The notes under the pieces were generated by a model. The model had not been told where the DNA came from. It made no database searches and saw only the letters and a program-made list of their open reading frames with translations. Source: Gemmatimonadota bacterium (GTDB taxonomy: Bacteria; Gemmatimonadota; Gemmatimonadetes; Palauibacterales; Palauibacteraceae). Taken from it: DNA of 64,000 nt. Shown here one piece after another: positions 19,719 through 30,288 of the stretch. Position 1 is the stretch's first letter. The number at the start of each line of letters is the position of its first letter. The DNA lies in NCBI GenBank assembly GCA_039588275.1, contig JBDHAC010000003.1, positions 32,001 to 96,000 on the forward strand, written 5' to 3'. The position numbers and the translations under genes were made by a program.

Positions 19719-21247
19719 GGCGGTTCGGCAGGCTCGCGCGGCCGGCGGCCCTCCTTTGTCTGTTTGTCGGACCGCTGGCGGCGCAGGAAGTGCGGCTCTC
19801 CGATGAACCACGCGGGGCCGCCCAGGAGGCGCTCGCCGCGTTCCTCGCCCGTGGCGGATACGAAGTGTGGACGAGTGACACCATCCTGGCGCGTGGGGAC
19901 ACCGTCGAAGGGCACGTGCTCCTCCTGGAAGGTGCGGGCCGGATCGCGGGCCGCGTGGAGGGGGACGTCTATGTCGTGGATGGCGACCTGATCCTACGCG
20001 TCGGGGGCAGCATCGGAGGGGATGTCGTCGTCTTGGCCGGACTCCTGCTGGACTCTGATCTGGCAACAGTGGAAGGAGCGATCACTTACCGGCCAAACGA
20101 GCGCTTGCGGGTCATCCCGGAAGCCGGCGGTTACACGATCTTTGCGGTCCAGCGGCCGCTCCCCGCGGTCGAGCTCGACGGCCAGTACGGGTTTCATCTT
20201 CCCACGTACCAGCGCGTCGATGCGCTTACCTTCGCGTGGGGTGCAACGGTGCGCGCCGCTCATGCGGCAGGCCAGCCGGAGCTCGGCGGGGTGGTTCGGT
20301 ACAAGACCGGACCCGATGACGTGGAAGGCTCCGTGCGTGCCGCATGGAACGCGAGCGAACGAGTCCGCCTGTTCGCTGCGGCGAGCCGCGCCACTCGCTC
20401 GAACGACGAGTGGATCCGGCCGACGTGGGTGAACACGCTGATGTTCGCGTTCGCGGGTGATGATTACCGCGACTACTACCGGGCCGATCGGGCAGGCGCC
20501 GGGGTCGAGTGGGGGATTCGTCGCGCGCCTGATTGGCGTGGCGGGACCGATGTGACGCTGACGGTCGGGGCCGCGTGGGAGGAAGCCCGCAGCGTCGAGG
20601 CTCGCGACGTCACGATACTGTTCGCGGCCGACGACGCGCGCTTCAATCCAGCGATCGATCCCGGTGACATCTACAGCGCCTGGGTTGGGTTGGCGGTCGA
20701 GGACCGCCGCGAGGATTCTCGAACGCGGCTGGGTCTCACGCTCGAAGGTTCGACCGAGGACATCGGCGGCGACTTCTCTTTTCTGCGAGCGGAGGCGCGC
20801 CTCGCGCTCAAGCGGCCGATCCTCTCGACCCATTCGTTGGATGTGTTCGCCATCGGTCGCGGCGATCTCGCGGGGACCTTGCCGGGCCAGCGGTGGTCCG
20901 GACTGGGCCGGATCGGAACGCTGCCTACTTTTCCGGTTCTCTCCCTGCGCGGTGAGCGGCTGCTGTACGGCGAGGCCACCTACGCGCTACCGCTCTACTC
21001 GGCAGGTACGCTTGGGGCGCTGGAGGCCTTCCTCCGGGGGAGCGCCGGCACCGCATGGAGTGAGGGCGAGAGTTTCCGCCTGAGGGAGAACGCGACGCTG
21101 GGGCTCCGTGCACGCGTTTGGGGCGTGGGGTTGGAGGTGGGCGTCGCGTCCGGGTTCGGCGGAGATAACGACGAATCGGATGTCCAGGTATACGTGGACC
21201 TGCGGCTCGACCGCCCGACCGGGGGACGTGGTCTGCCACTCTTTTGA
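19715..21247 (+). CDS. Secreted protein: bactofilin-like beta-helix region plus probable outer-membrane beta-barrel
   Basis: Signal peptide (...PLAA/QE), G-x-V-x-G-D-V repeats, amphipathic strands, terminal Phe. Confidence 0.55.
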   Translation: MRRFGRLARPAALLCLFVGPLAAQEVRLSDEPRGAAQEALAAFLARGGYEVWTSDTILARGDTVEGHVLLLEGAGRIAGRVEGDVYVVDGDLILRVGGSIGGDVVVLAGLLLDSDLATVEGAITYRPNERLRVIPEAGGYTIFAVQRPLPAVELDGQYGFHLPTYQRVDALTFAWGATVRAAHAAGQPELGGVVRYKTGPDDVEGSVRAAWNASERVRLFAAASRATRSNDEWIRPTWVNTLMFAFAGDDYRDYYRADRAGAGVEWGIRRAPDWRGGTDVTLTVGAAWEEARSVEARDVTILFAADDARFNPAIDPGDIYSAWVGLAVEDRREDSRTRLGLTLEGSTEDIGGDFSFLRAEARLALKRPILSTHSLDVFAIGRGDLAGTLPGQRWSGLGRIGTLPTFPVLSLRGERLLYGEATYALPLYSAGTLGALEAFLRGSAGTAWSEGESFRLRENATLGLRARVWGVGLEVGVASGFGGDNDESDVQVYVDLRLDRPTGGRGLPLF

Positions 21248-21272
21248 CTTCGTTCGTTGGGCCGCCTAGCTT
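21244..21272 (+). promoter_or_regulatory. Sigma70-type promoter for the kdsB-pyrG-kds-lpt operon
   Basis: TTGACT (21244-21249), 17 bp spacer, TAGCTT (21267-21272), about 40 nt upstream of the kdsB start. Confidence 0.55.
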
Positions 21273-21313
21273 GCCCCGATGCGGATTCAATCCACGACCG
21301 CTCCGGATCGGTG

Positions 21314-22081
21314 ATGGGCGTCCTGTGCGTCCTTCCTGCCCGTCTCGCCAGCCGCCGTATCCCCCGAAAGCCCCTTCAGCCCCTCGCCGGAAAGCCCCTC
21401 ATCGAGTGGACTTGGCGCGCGGCGTCTGGTGTCGCGGAGTTCGACCGGGTGGTCGTCGCGACCGACTCGAACGACATCGTGTCGTGCGTCTCCGCCTTCG
21501 GGGGGGAGGCGATCCTCACCGATCGAAGCCACCCATCCGGAACGGATCGCGTGTGCGAGGCCGCGCGCTCGCTCGGAGTCGGGGATGCCGACATCGTCGT
21601 GAACTTCCAGGCGGACGAGCCGTTCGTGGACGCACCGACGGTCGGACGCGCGGTGGCGGCAGTGCGAGCCGGTGCGGCCGAGATCGCGACCCTCGCGGCG
21701 CCGATCCGCAGCCTGGAGGAATGGCATTCCGCTGGCGTCGTCAAGGTGGTGGTGGGAAGCGACGGGCGCGCGTTTTATTTCAGCCGTGCGCCGATCCCGC
21801 ACACTCGGGGAGGATCGCCGGAGCTCGCCTCGAGAGAACCGAGCCTCCTGCGACACATAGGCATCTACGTGCACCAGCTGAAGACGCTGAACAGGTGGGC
21901 CAACGCGCCCGAGTCGAGACTCGAACGACTCGAGCGGTTGGAGCAGCTCCGCGCGCTCGAGGCGGGAATCGGGATCCACGTGCAGGTCGGGCCGCCGACA
22001 CCACCCGGTGTGGACCTGCCCGAAGACCTGGAACGCGCGGCGAAACATCTCGAGCGCGGTGTATCGATTACGGTAGATTGA
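21314..22081 (+). CDS. kdsB: 3-deoxy-manno-octulosonate cytidylyltransferase
   Basis: PARLASRRIPRKPL, SGTDRV, NFQADEP, YFSRAPIP, HIGIY, LEQLRALE. Confidence 0.95.
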   Translation: MGVLCVLPARLASRRIPRKPLQPLAGKPLIEWTWRAASGVAEFDRVVVATDSNDIVSCVSAFGGEAILTDRSHPSGTDRVCEAARSLGVGDADIVVNFQADEPFVDAPTVGRAVAAVRAGAAEIATLAAPIRSLEEWHSAGVVKVVVGSDGRAFYFSRAPIPHTRGGSPELASREPSLLRHIGIYVHQLKTLNRWANAPESRLERLERLEQLRALEAGIGIHVQVGPPTPPGVDLPEDLERAAKHLERGVSITVD

Positions 22082-23794
<1,713 letters not shown>

Positions 23795-23829
23795 ACGGAG
23801 CGAGGGGTCCCACGGCCCGGCGTTGAGCC

Positions 23830-24666
23830 ATGTCTGATGCAACGGGATCGCCGTTTCGGCCAGCGGCCGGATTGTTCCTCATCGCAGGCCCGTGTGTCCT
23901 GGAATCGGAGGAGCTCAACCTTCGGATCGCGGCACATCTCGCCGAGCTATCGGAGCGGCACGGAGTGCCGGTCATCTTCAAGGCCTCGTTCGACAAAGCC
24001 AACCGCACGAGCCGAAGCTCTCACCGCGGCCCCGGACTGGAGCTCGGCCTGGAGCTTCTGGCCAGCGTACGAGCGGAGACAGGTCTTCCTCTTCTGACAG
24101 ACGTGCACCTGCCCGATCAAGTGCCTGTCGCAGCGCGGGTCGTGGACGTGCTCCAGGTCCCGGCCTTCCTTTCGCGTCAGACCGATCTTCTCGAGGCCGT
24201 GGGCGGTAGCGGGTTGCCGGTCAACATCAAGAAAGGGCAGTGGATGGCGCCCGAGCAAATGGCGCACGCCGTGGACAAAGTGCGCGCGGCCGGCGCCGCT
24301 GATGTCGCCGTGACCGAACGGGGAACCGCGTTCGGGTACGGTCGGTGGATCGTAGACATGCGCAGCTTCGAGCTCATGCGCGGCGCGGCTTCGTGTCCGA
24401 CCATCTTCGATGGGACGCACTCCGTGCAGCTCCCGGGTGGGGCCGGGCCGGCGAGTGGCGGCGAGCCGCAGTTCATCGAGCCCCTGTGCCAGGCGGCGGT
24501 GGCGGCCGGTGCGGATGGGTTGTTCCTGGAGGTGCACCCGGAGCCCGAGACGGCCCCCTCCGACCCGTCCAGCATGTTGCCGCTGATCCGGTTGGAACCG
24601 CTCGTAAAGCGGCTCGTGCGACTGCGTCTCGCGTTGAAACACGAACCGTCCCCCATCGGCCGCTGA
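23830..24666 (+). CDS. kdsA: KDO 8-phosphate synthase
   Basis: IAGPCVLES, FKASFDKANRTS, NIKKGQ, FDGTHSVQ.PG, FLEVHP. Confidence 0.96.
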   Translation: MSDATGSPFRPAAGLFLIAGPCVLESEELNLRIAAHLAELSERHGVPVIFKASFDKANRTSRSSHRGPGLELGLELLASVRAETGLPLLTDVHLPDQVPVAARVVDVLQVPAFLSRQTDLLEAVGGSGLPVNIKKGQWMAPEQMAHAVDKVRAAGAADVAVTERGTAFGYGRWIVDMRSFELMRGAASCPTIFDGTHSVQLPGGAGPASGGEPQFIEPLCQAAVAAGADGLFLEVHPEPETAPSDPSSMLPLIRLEPLVKRLVRLRLALKHEPSPIGR

Positions 24667-24670
24667 GCCG

Positions 24671-25231
24671 ATGACGATCCCGGCGGAGGTCGCACGAGCG
24701 ATCCGACTCGTCGTGTTGGACGCGGATGGCGTGCTCACGGACGGGGGGATTTATGTGGACGGGGGCGCCGGCGCGCGCGAGCTGCGGCGCTTCCACGCCC
24801 TGGACGGCCTGGGAATCCGCATGCTCGCGGAAGCGGGGCTCACGGTCGCGATCGTCTCCGGCAAGCGTTCGGAGGCCGTGACGCGGCGGGCGACCGAGCT
24901 TGGCATCGTCGAGGTGCATCAGGGGGCGCCGTTCGGAAAGGTCGCGGCCGTCGAGGGTATCCTGTCGAGGCACGGATGGTCCTGGTCGGCCGTGGCGCAC
25001 CTCGGAGATGATCTGGCGGACGCCGCGCTCATGGAGCGAGTGCGGCTCCCCGCAGCCGTCTCCAACGCCGTGCCGGAAGTGAAAGCACGCGCCTCGTGGT
25101 GTGGGACTGTGCCCGGAGGGAGCGGGGCCGTGCGCGAATTCGTGGAGGCGCTGTTGCGCGCACGCGGAGAGTGGGAGGAGCTCGTGGAGGCGTATGTCGA
25201 GCGGAGTCGTGGAACAGCTGCGGGAGACTGA
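24671..25231 (+). CDS. kdsC: KDO 8-phosphate phosphatase (HAD family)
   Basis: LDADGVLTDG, DGLGI, GDDLAD, GG.GAVRE. Confidence 0.93.
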   Translation: MTIPAEVARAIRLVVLDADGVLTDGGIYVDGGAGARELRRFHALDGLGIRMLAEAGLTVAIVSGKRSEAVTRRATELGIVEVHQGAPFGKVAAVEGILSRHGWSWSAVAHLGDDLADAALMERVRLPAAVSNAVPEVKARASWCGTVPGGSGAVREFVEALLRARGEWEELVEAYVERSRGTAAGD

Positions 25232-26207
25232 GACGGTTCGGCACGACGCCGAGCTTCTGGCGCTCGCCCGCAACGTCGTGCGGATCGAGTCCGAAGGCGT
25301 CGCCTCGCTGATCGAGCGGCTGGATGAGCGGTTTATCGAGGCGGTGCGGCTGATTCTCGGGGCGACCGGGCGCGTCGTGGTGACCGGGGTGGGCAAGTCT
25401 GGCCTCGTGGCGCGCAAGATCGCCTCGACGCTCGCTTCTACAGGTACTCCCGCGCTCTTTCTGCACCCGGTCGAGGGCGCGCACGGCGACGTGGGTGTGC
25501 TGCTGCGCGGTGACGTCCTGGTCATCGTTTCGCGAAGCGGGACCTCCGAGGAGCTCATCGCCCTGTTGCCTTCGGTACGTCGACTCGAGATCCCCATCGT
25601 AGCGATCACGGGCGTCTCGCAATCGCCCCTGGGTCGCGCGGCGAAGGCGGTCCTCGACGTCGGAGTGTCTGAAGAGGCATGCCCGCATGATCTGACTCCC
25701 ACCTCGAGCAGTACAGCCGCGCTCGTGATGGGCGATGCCGTCGCGATGGCCCTGTTGCACAGCCGTGGGTTCGAGGCCGAGGACTTCGCCCGGCTGCACC
25801 CGGGCGGGGTACTCGGGCGGCGACTTCTTTGGCGCGTGGAGGACGTGATGCTGTCGGGGGACGAGGTCCCGGTGGTTGGACCCGACGTCCCGCTCGCGGA
25901 GGCGATGCACGAGATCGCACACCGTCGCGGAACCGTGCCTGTCGTGGACGCCGACCGTAGGGTGGTCGGCGTGATGACCGCCGGTGATCTGACGCGCTTC
26001 GCGGAGGAGCACGCGGACTTCCTGACCCGCCCCGCCGCAGAGGCGATGAACGCGGACCCCAAGGTGGTGGGGCCGACAGCGCTGGCTATGGAAGCACTGG
26101 GTCGAATGGAGGAGCATGGCGTGATGGCGATGCCGGTCGTCGACGCGACGCACAGGCTCGTGGGCATCGTACACCTGCACGACGTGCTACGCGCGGGGGT
26201 GCGTTGA
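25194..26207 (+). CDS. kdsD: Arabinose-5-phosphate isomerase (KpsF/GutQ; SIS plus 2 CBS)
   Basis: TGVGKSG..ARKIASTLASTGTP, HGDVG, EACP..LTPTSS, HPGG.LG; ATG at 25194. Confidence 0.95.
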   Translation: MSSGVVEQLRETETVRHDAELLALARNVVRIESEGVASLIERLDERFIEAVRLILGATGRVVVTGVGKSGLVARKIASTLASTGTPALFLHPVEGAHGDVGVLLRGDVLVIVSRSGTSEELIALLPSVRRLEIPIVAITGVSQSPLGRAAKAVLDVGVSEEACPHDLTPTSSSTAALVMGDAVAMALLHSRGFEAEDFARLHPGGVLGRRLLWRVEDVMLSGDEVPVVGPDVPLAEAMHEIAHRRGTVPVVDADRRVVGVMTAGDLTRFAEEHADFLTRPAAEAMNADPKVVGPTALAMEALGRMEEHGVMAMPVVDATHRLVGIVHLHDVLRAGVR

Positions 26208-27127
26208 GTATCCTCGGGCGCGTCACGGCGACCCGGATTCGGGAACGCGTCGCGACCGGTCTGGTACTGGGCGGCCTGACCGGGAGCGCCGGGTGCGCCC
26301 CGGATGAAGCGACGCCCACCGCCGGGCCCGAGGTCCTGCGCGAGGGCGTCGACATGGTGATCGTGGACATGGATCACTACCTGTCGCGGCTCGGTATCCG
26401 ACGTGCGCGCCTGCTGGCCGACACGGCCGAGTACGTCAGTGAGAACGAGATCCACCTCAAGCCCGTCGAACTCGTCTTCTTCGACGACGAGGGCCGCGAG
26501 ATCTCGGTCTTGATCGCGGACTACGGCGTGTTCGACGAGGTATCCGAGGACATGGAAGCGAACGGCAATGTCGTGGTTCTGGATCGGCGGGACGACCGGA
26601 AGCTCGAGACCGAGCAGATTCGCTACACCAAGGAGGAAGATCGCCTGTACGGCGACAGCCCCTTCGTGATGGAGAGCAACGGAGGGCGTACCATCCACCA
26701 GGGAGACTCGTTCGAGGCGGATCCGGGGCTCGACGACGTCATCATGTGGGGCCCGGGCGGGCGTTCGGAGCCTCGCATCGACACGCTGACGGTGGAACCG
26801 TTGGATTCGGGCGCGGACGCGACGCCGGATTCGCTGCTCGAAGTGGACCCGGATTCTCCGGCTGCGGAGGCGCCGGACTCTCTGGCTGCGGAGGCGCCGG
26901 ACTCTCTGGCAGCAGAGACGCCGGATTCTCTGGCTGCCCGAGATTCTACGTCCGCGGACTCGACCGCGACCGCTCGGGACACGGCAGCCCGCGACACCAC
27001 CTCTCGGGACACGACCACCGTCGCACCGGACTCCACGGCGAGGGACATGGCGGGCCGCGACACCACCGCCCACCGCTCGACGACCTCGGTAAGACGCCGG
27101 GAGCAAGCCGGCCGCGACGCCGGCTGA
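26204..27127 (+). CDS. lptC: LPS export periplasmic protein LptC with long D(S/T)x-rich C-terminal tail
   Basis: Lies between kdsD and lptB; jellyroll-like strands (L.AD.A, GNVVV, LETEQI.Y, D.PF); possible lipobox SAGC; start uncertain. Confidence 0.8.
   Translation: MSILGRVTATRIRERVATGLVLGGLTGSAGCAPDEATPTAGPEVLREGVDMVIVDMDHYLSRLGIRRARLLADTAEYVSENEIHLKPVELVFFDDEGREISVLIADYGVFDEVSEDMEANGNVVVLDRRDDRKLETEQIRYTKEEDRLYGDSPFVMESNGGRTIHQGDSFEADPGLDDVIMWGPGGRSEPRIDTLTVEPLDSGADATPDSLLEVDPDSPAAEAPDSLAAEAPDSLAAETPDSLAARDSTSADSTATARDTAARDTTSRDTTTVAPDSTARDMAGRDTTAHRSTTSVRRREQAGRDAG
26825..26941 (+). repeat. About 5 x 24-bp coding tandem repeat (PDSL/PAAEA)
   Basis: Units start at 26825, 26849, 26873, 26897 and 26921 (e.g. 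CCGGACTCTCTGGCTGCGGAGGCG). Confidence 0.85.
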
Positions 27128-27135
27128 GATGCGCG

Positions 27136-29328
27136 ATGCCGGCGCTTGAATCCGCGACGCTAACGGTCCGCGCACGAGCCACGGCCGCATGTGGCGGATT
27201 TGCGCTCGCGGCGCTGCTCATCCCCACTTCGCTCGCGGGGCAAGGCACGCAGCGTGGTAGCTGCACCCTGATCTGGGAACCGACCACCGCGGACACGCGC
27301 AGCGTCAGCACCCGCGAGGGGCAGGACGCGTACGTGACGCATGTGAGCGGCGGGATGCTGTGGACGTGCGGTACGGCCACGATGCGCGCGGACAGCGCAG
27401 TCAAGTACGACCTGGCCCGCCGCGTGGACCTGATCGGGAACGTGCGCTATCGGGATACGATCCGCACCCTGGAGTCGGTATACCTCACCTATTTCGAGCT
27501 CGATGACCGAGTCATCGCTACCGACAGCGTCCACTTGACGCGGCTTGTCGACGGCTCGACGCTGACGGGGCCCCGAGTGGAGTTTCTGCGGGCGGTGACG
27601 GGCGTGGATGAAGAGACGATCGCGACCGGCCGGCCCCACATGGTGCTTTACCCGGAAGGAGATGACCCTGGCCCGCCGTTCGACGTCGACGCGGACCGGG
27701 CCATCTTCGCCGGGGAGGAAGAGGCGCGCGCGTTCGGGGATGTGATCATCACCCGACCTGACCTTCGCGCCGAGGCTGACTCCACCACCTTTCGCATCCC
27801 CGAGGGGACGGGGGTCTTGTACGGATCCCCTCGGGTGGAAGCCGAGACTATCACTCTGCGCGGCGACACCATCCGGACCGGCTTCGAGGACAACGTGTTG
27901 CGGGACGTGCATGCGCTCGGCCGAGCGCATGCGCAGGGCGAGTCGTTCGAGGTCCGGTCGGAGCGCATCGACGTCGCGGTAGAGGACGACGAGGTGGAGG
28001 CAGTGTGGGCCCACGGTGCGGGCATGGCGGAAGCCATATCCGGGGACCAGCACCTGTACGGCGATTCGCTGCGCTTCGCGATGTTCGAGGGTCGGCTCGA
28101 CACCATCAACGCGGTCGGCCGAACTGCGGCTGTCCAGGGCACCGGGCCGGCTCGCTTCGAATTGGAGACGGCGACCGTTCCCGAGACCGAGTCGGGCGAT
28201 GAGGCTGCCGTCCCGCCCGCCGCGGACTCGATCGGCGTCGCGGAGCCGGTGGCCGAAGACTCGGTGCGCGCCCCGGACCCGGTCGTGGAGGATTCGGTCC
28301 GCCTGCCGGAGCCGATGGCCGAAGACTCGATCGGCGTCGTAGAGCCGGTGGCCGAAGACTCGGTGCGCGCCCCGGAGCCGGTCGTGGAGGATTCGGTCCG
28401 CACACCGGTCCAGCAACCCTTCGAGGCGGCCGAGGCGGTTCCGCTGGAGGAGGACCCGGGCGAAGGTGCCACACCCACCGTGGCCCGCGGCGTGGCCGAC
28501 GAGAGCGTGGCAGGCGAGGCGAATGCCGACACGACCTCCCGGGCGGAGCCCGACCGATCCGACGAGGTATCGAGGTTGCGTCTGCCCACCGAAGAGGACT
28601 CCAATTGGGTGAGCGGAGATACCCTGTACGCGATCTTCGAGCGCACCCCGCGAGCGGCCGGGCCGAGTCCGCCGGAGAGCACGCGGGCAGCCCCGATTCT
28701 CCCGGACAGCGCAGGGGCAGCCCGGATTCTCCCGGACAGCGTCATCGCCATCCCGGTTCCGACCGACAGCGCGGTCGCCGTGCCGGCCGAGCCGGACTCC
28801 ACGGCCGACCCCGTCTTGGAGCGACTCACGGTTATCGGTCACGCGCGCTCCCTGTACGCGCAGGTCCGTGACACGGCCGCAGCCAATCGACCCTCCCGCA
28901 ATTACATGATCGGATCGCGGATAGACATCTTCTTCCGCGACGGGGAGCCTGAACGGGTGGAAGGTACGGACGCCATCGGTCTATACCTGGAGCCGCTCGA
29001 GACGCCGGAGAGCCAGGCCCCCGAGACCGGCGCGGTCCCGGCGCCGCAAGACACGACGGGCACCGGCGCCCGCGAAGACACGACGAGTGTCCGTGTTCGC
29101 GAAGACACGACCCAGGTCTCGCAACCACCGGACTCGAGCGGAGGTGTGCCGACGCGTCCTCGGGAGAGCGGTGCGCGCTCCACCGCGAGCGTGACGAACT
29201 CGGCCGCTCGAGACGGCCGTCGGGATCCACCCGCGAGAGATTCGGTGCAGGGCAAGAGGTCTGGAACCGCTGCATCCCGAGCGTCTCGCATGCGGTCGGG
29301 GCCACCACTGTCGAGGATCTTTCCATGA
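27136..29328 (+). CDS. Large OstA/LptA-like beta-jellyroll protein with repeat insertions
   Basis: Between lptC and lptB; signal peptide after ATG 27136; repeated ADSA/GNV.Y/GDV.I/GDTI jellyroll motifs; acidic Pro-rich inserts. Confidence 0.7.
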   Translation: MPALESATLTVRARATAACGGFALAALLIPTSLAGQGTQRGSCTLIWEPTTADTRSVSTREGQDAYVTHVSGGMLWTCGTATMRADSAVKYDLARRVDLIGNVRYRDTIRTLESVYLTYFELDDRVIATDSVHLTRLVDGSTLTGPRVEFLRAVTGVDEETIATGRPHMVLYPEGDDPGPPFDVDADRAIFAGEEEARAFGDVIITRPDLRAEADSTTFRIPEGTGVLYGSPRVEAETITLRGDTIRTGFEDNVLRDVHALGRAHAQGESFEVRSERIDVAVEDDEVEAVWAHGAGMAEAISGDQHLYGDSLRFAMFEGRLDTINAVGRTAAVQGTGPARFELETATVPETESGDEAAVPPAADSIGVAEPVAEDSVRAPDPVVEDSVRLPEPMAEDSIGVVEPVAEDSVRAPEPVVEDSVRTPVQQPFEAAEAVPLEEDPGEGATPTVARGVADESVAGEANADTTSRAEPDRSDEVSRLRLPTEEDSNWVSGDTLYAIFERTPRAAGPSPPESTRAAPILPDSAGAARILPDSVIAIPVPTDSAVAVPAEPDSTADPVLERLTVIGHARSLYAQVRDTAAANRPSRNYMIGSRIDIFFRDGEPERVEGTDAIGLYLEPLETPESQAPETGAVPAPQDTTGTGAREDTTSVRVREDTTQVSQPPDSSGGVPTRPRESGARSTASVTNSAARDGRRDPPARDSVQGKRSGTAASRASRMRSGPPLSRIFP
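28225..28408 (+). repeat. 6 x 33-bp coding repeat (EDS[IV]xxxEPxx) arranged as a 99-bp duplication
   Basis: GACTCGATCGGCGTCG occurs at 28225 and 28324, exactly 99 bp apart, each followed by near-identical sequence. Confidence 0.9.
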
Positions 29329-30143
29329 CCGATTCGGGCTCGACCGCGCAGGATCGCACGCACGAGACGTCGGCCCAGGCCATGGACCCGGAGCCGCTGG
29401 CGCGCGAGGTCAACGCCTCGCCGAGCACGCTGCGCGCCGATGGACTCGTGAAGTCTTTCAAGCGACGGCGGGTCGTGGATGAGGTCGATTTGAGCCTGGT
29501 GCAGGGAGAGATCGTCGGGCTGCTCGGACCCAACGGGGCAGGGAAGACGACGACGTTCTATATGATGGTCGGACTCCTCAAAGCCGATCAAGGCCGCGTG
29601 TATCTGGACGACCAGGAGCTCACCACGTGGCCGATGTACAAGAGAGCGCGGGCCGGGATCGGCTATCTGCCCCAGGAACCCTCCGTGTTCCTGAAGCTGA
29701 GCGTGGAGGACAACGTGATGGCGATTCTGGAGACGCTTCCGCTGTCTCGCGAAGAGCGTCATGCGAGACTCGAGAGCCTCCTCGATGAACTGTCGATCAA
29801 GCACCTGCGGAAGAACAAGGCCTATTCACTGTCCGGGGGCGAGCGCCGGCGGCTGGAAATCACCAGGGCGCTGGTGACGCGACCCAAGTTCCTGTTACTC
29901 GATGAGCCCTTCACGGGAGTCGACCCGATCGCGATCGACGACATTCAACGCATAGTGCAAGGACTCCGGAACAAGGGTCTGGGGGTGCTCGTCACCGACC
30001 ACAACGTGCGCGAGACTTTGTCCATAACCGACCGCGCGTATCTCCTGTTCAACGGCGAAATCCTCGTCGAAGGACCGGCTGATCGGCTCGTGAAAGACCC
30101 CGAGGCGCGCGCACTCTACCTGGGACAAGACTTCCGGCTTTAG
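29325..30143 (+). CDS. lptB: LPS export ABC transporter ATPase
   Basis: GLLGPNGAGKTTTFYM, GYLPQEPSVF, LSGGERRRLEI, LLDEPFTGVDP, TDHNVRETL. Confidence 0.97.
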   Translation: MTDSGSTAQDRTHETSAQAMDPEPLAREVNASPSTLRADGLVKSFKRRRVVDEVDLSLVQGEIVGLLGPNGAGKTTTFYMMVGLLKADQGRVYLDDQELTTWPMYKRARAGIGYLPQEPSVFLKLSVEDNVMAILETLPLSREERHARLESLLDELSIKHLRKNKAYSLSGGERRRLEITRALVTRPKFLLLDEPFTGVDPIAIDDIQRIVQGLRNKGLGVLVTDHNVRETLSITDRAYLLFNGEILVEGPADRLVKDPEARALYLGQDFRL

Positions 30144-30158
30144 GGCGCGTCAGCGGGG

Positions 30159-30209
30159 GTGCCATCCATCCCAGCACCGTGTATCTTTAGCTTCTGGTAC
30201 GATTCTTGT
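30159..30209 (+). promoter_or_regulatory. rpoN upstream region: sigma70-like promoter abutting a sigma54-type -24/-12 box
   Basis: GTGCCA-17 bp-TATCTT (30159-30187); TGGTAC-GATTC-TTGT (30195-30209) against consensus TGGCAC-N5-TTGC. Confidence 0.5.
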
Positions 30210-30288
30210 GACACATGGGTGTGGGGATGAACGTGCGGAAGCCAGCCTGCCCGAAGGCCCTATCCAGGGGTGAGCAAGGAGGAACGAG

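Noticed and set aside
24473..27190. 905-aa minus-strand ORF and many other long antisense or alternate-frame ORFs
   Set aside because: Shadow ORFs of high-GC coding sequence; Arg/Pro/Ala-rich with no motifs, and they overlap well-supported genes.
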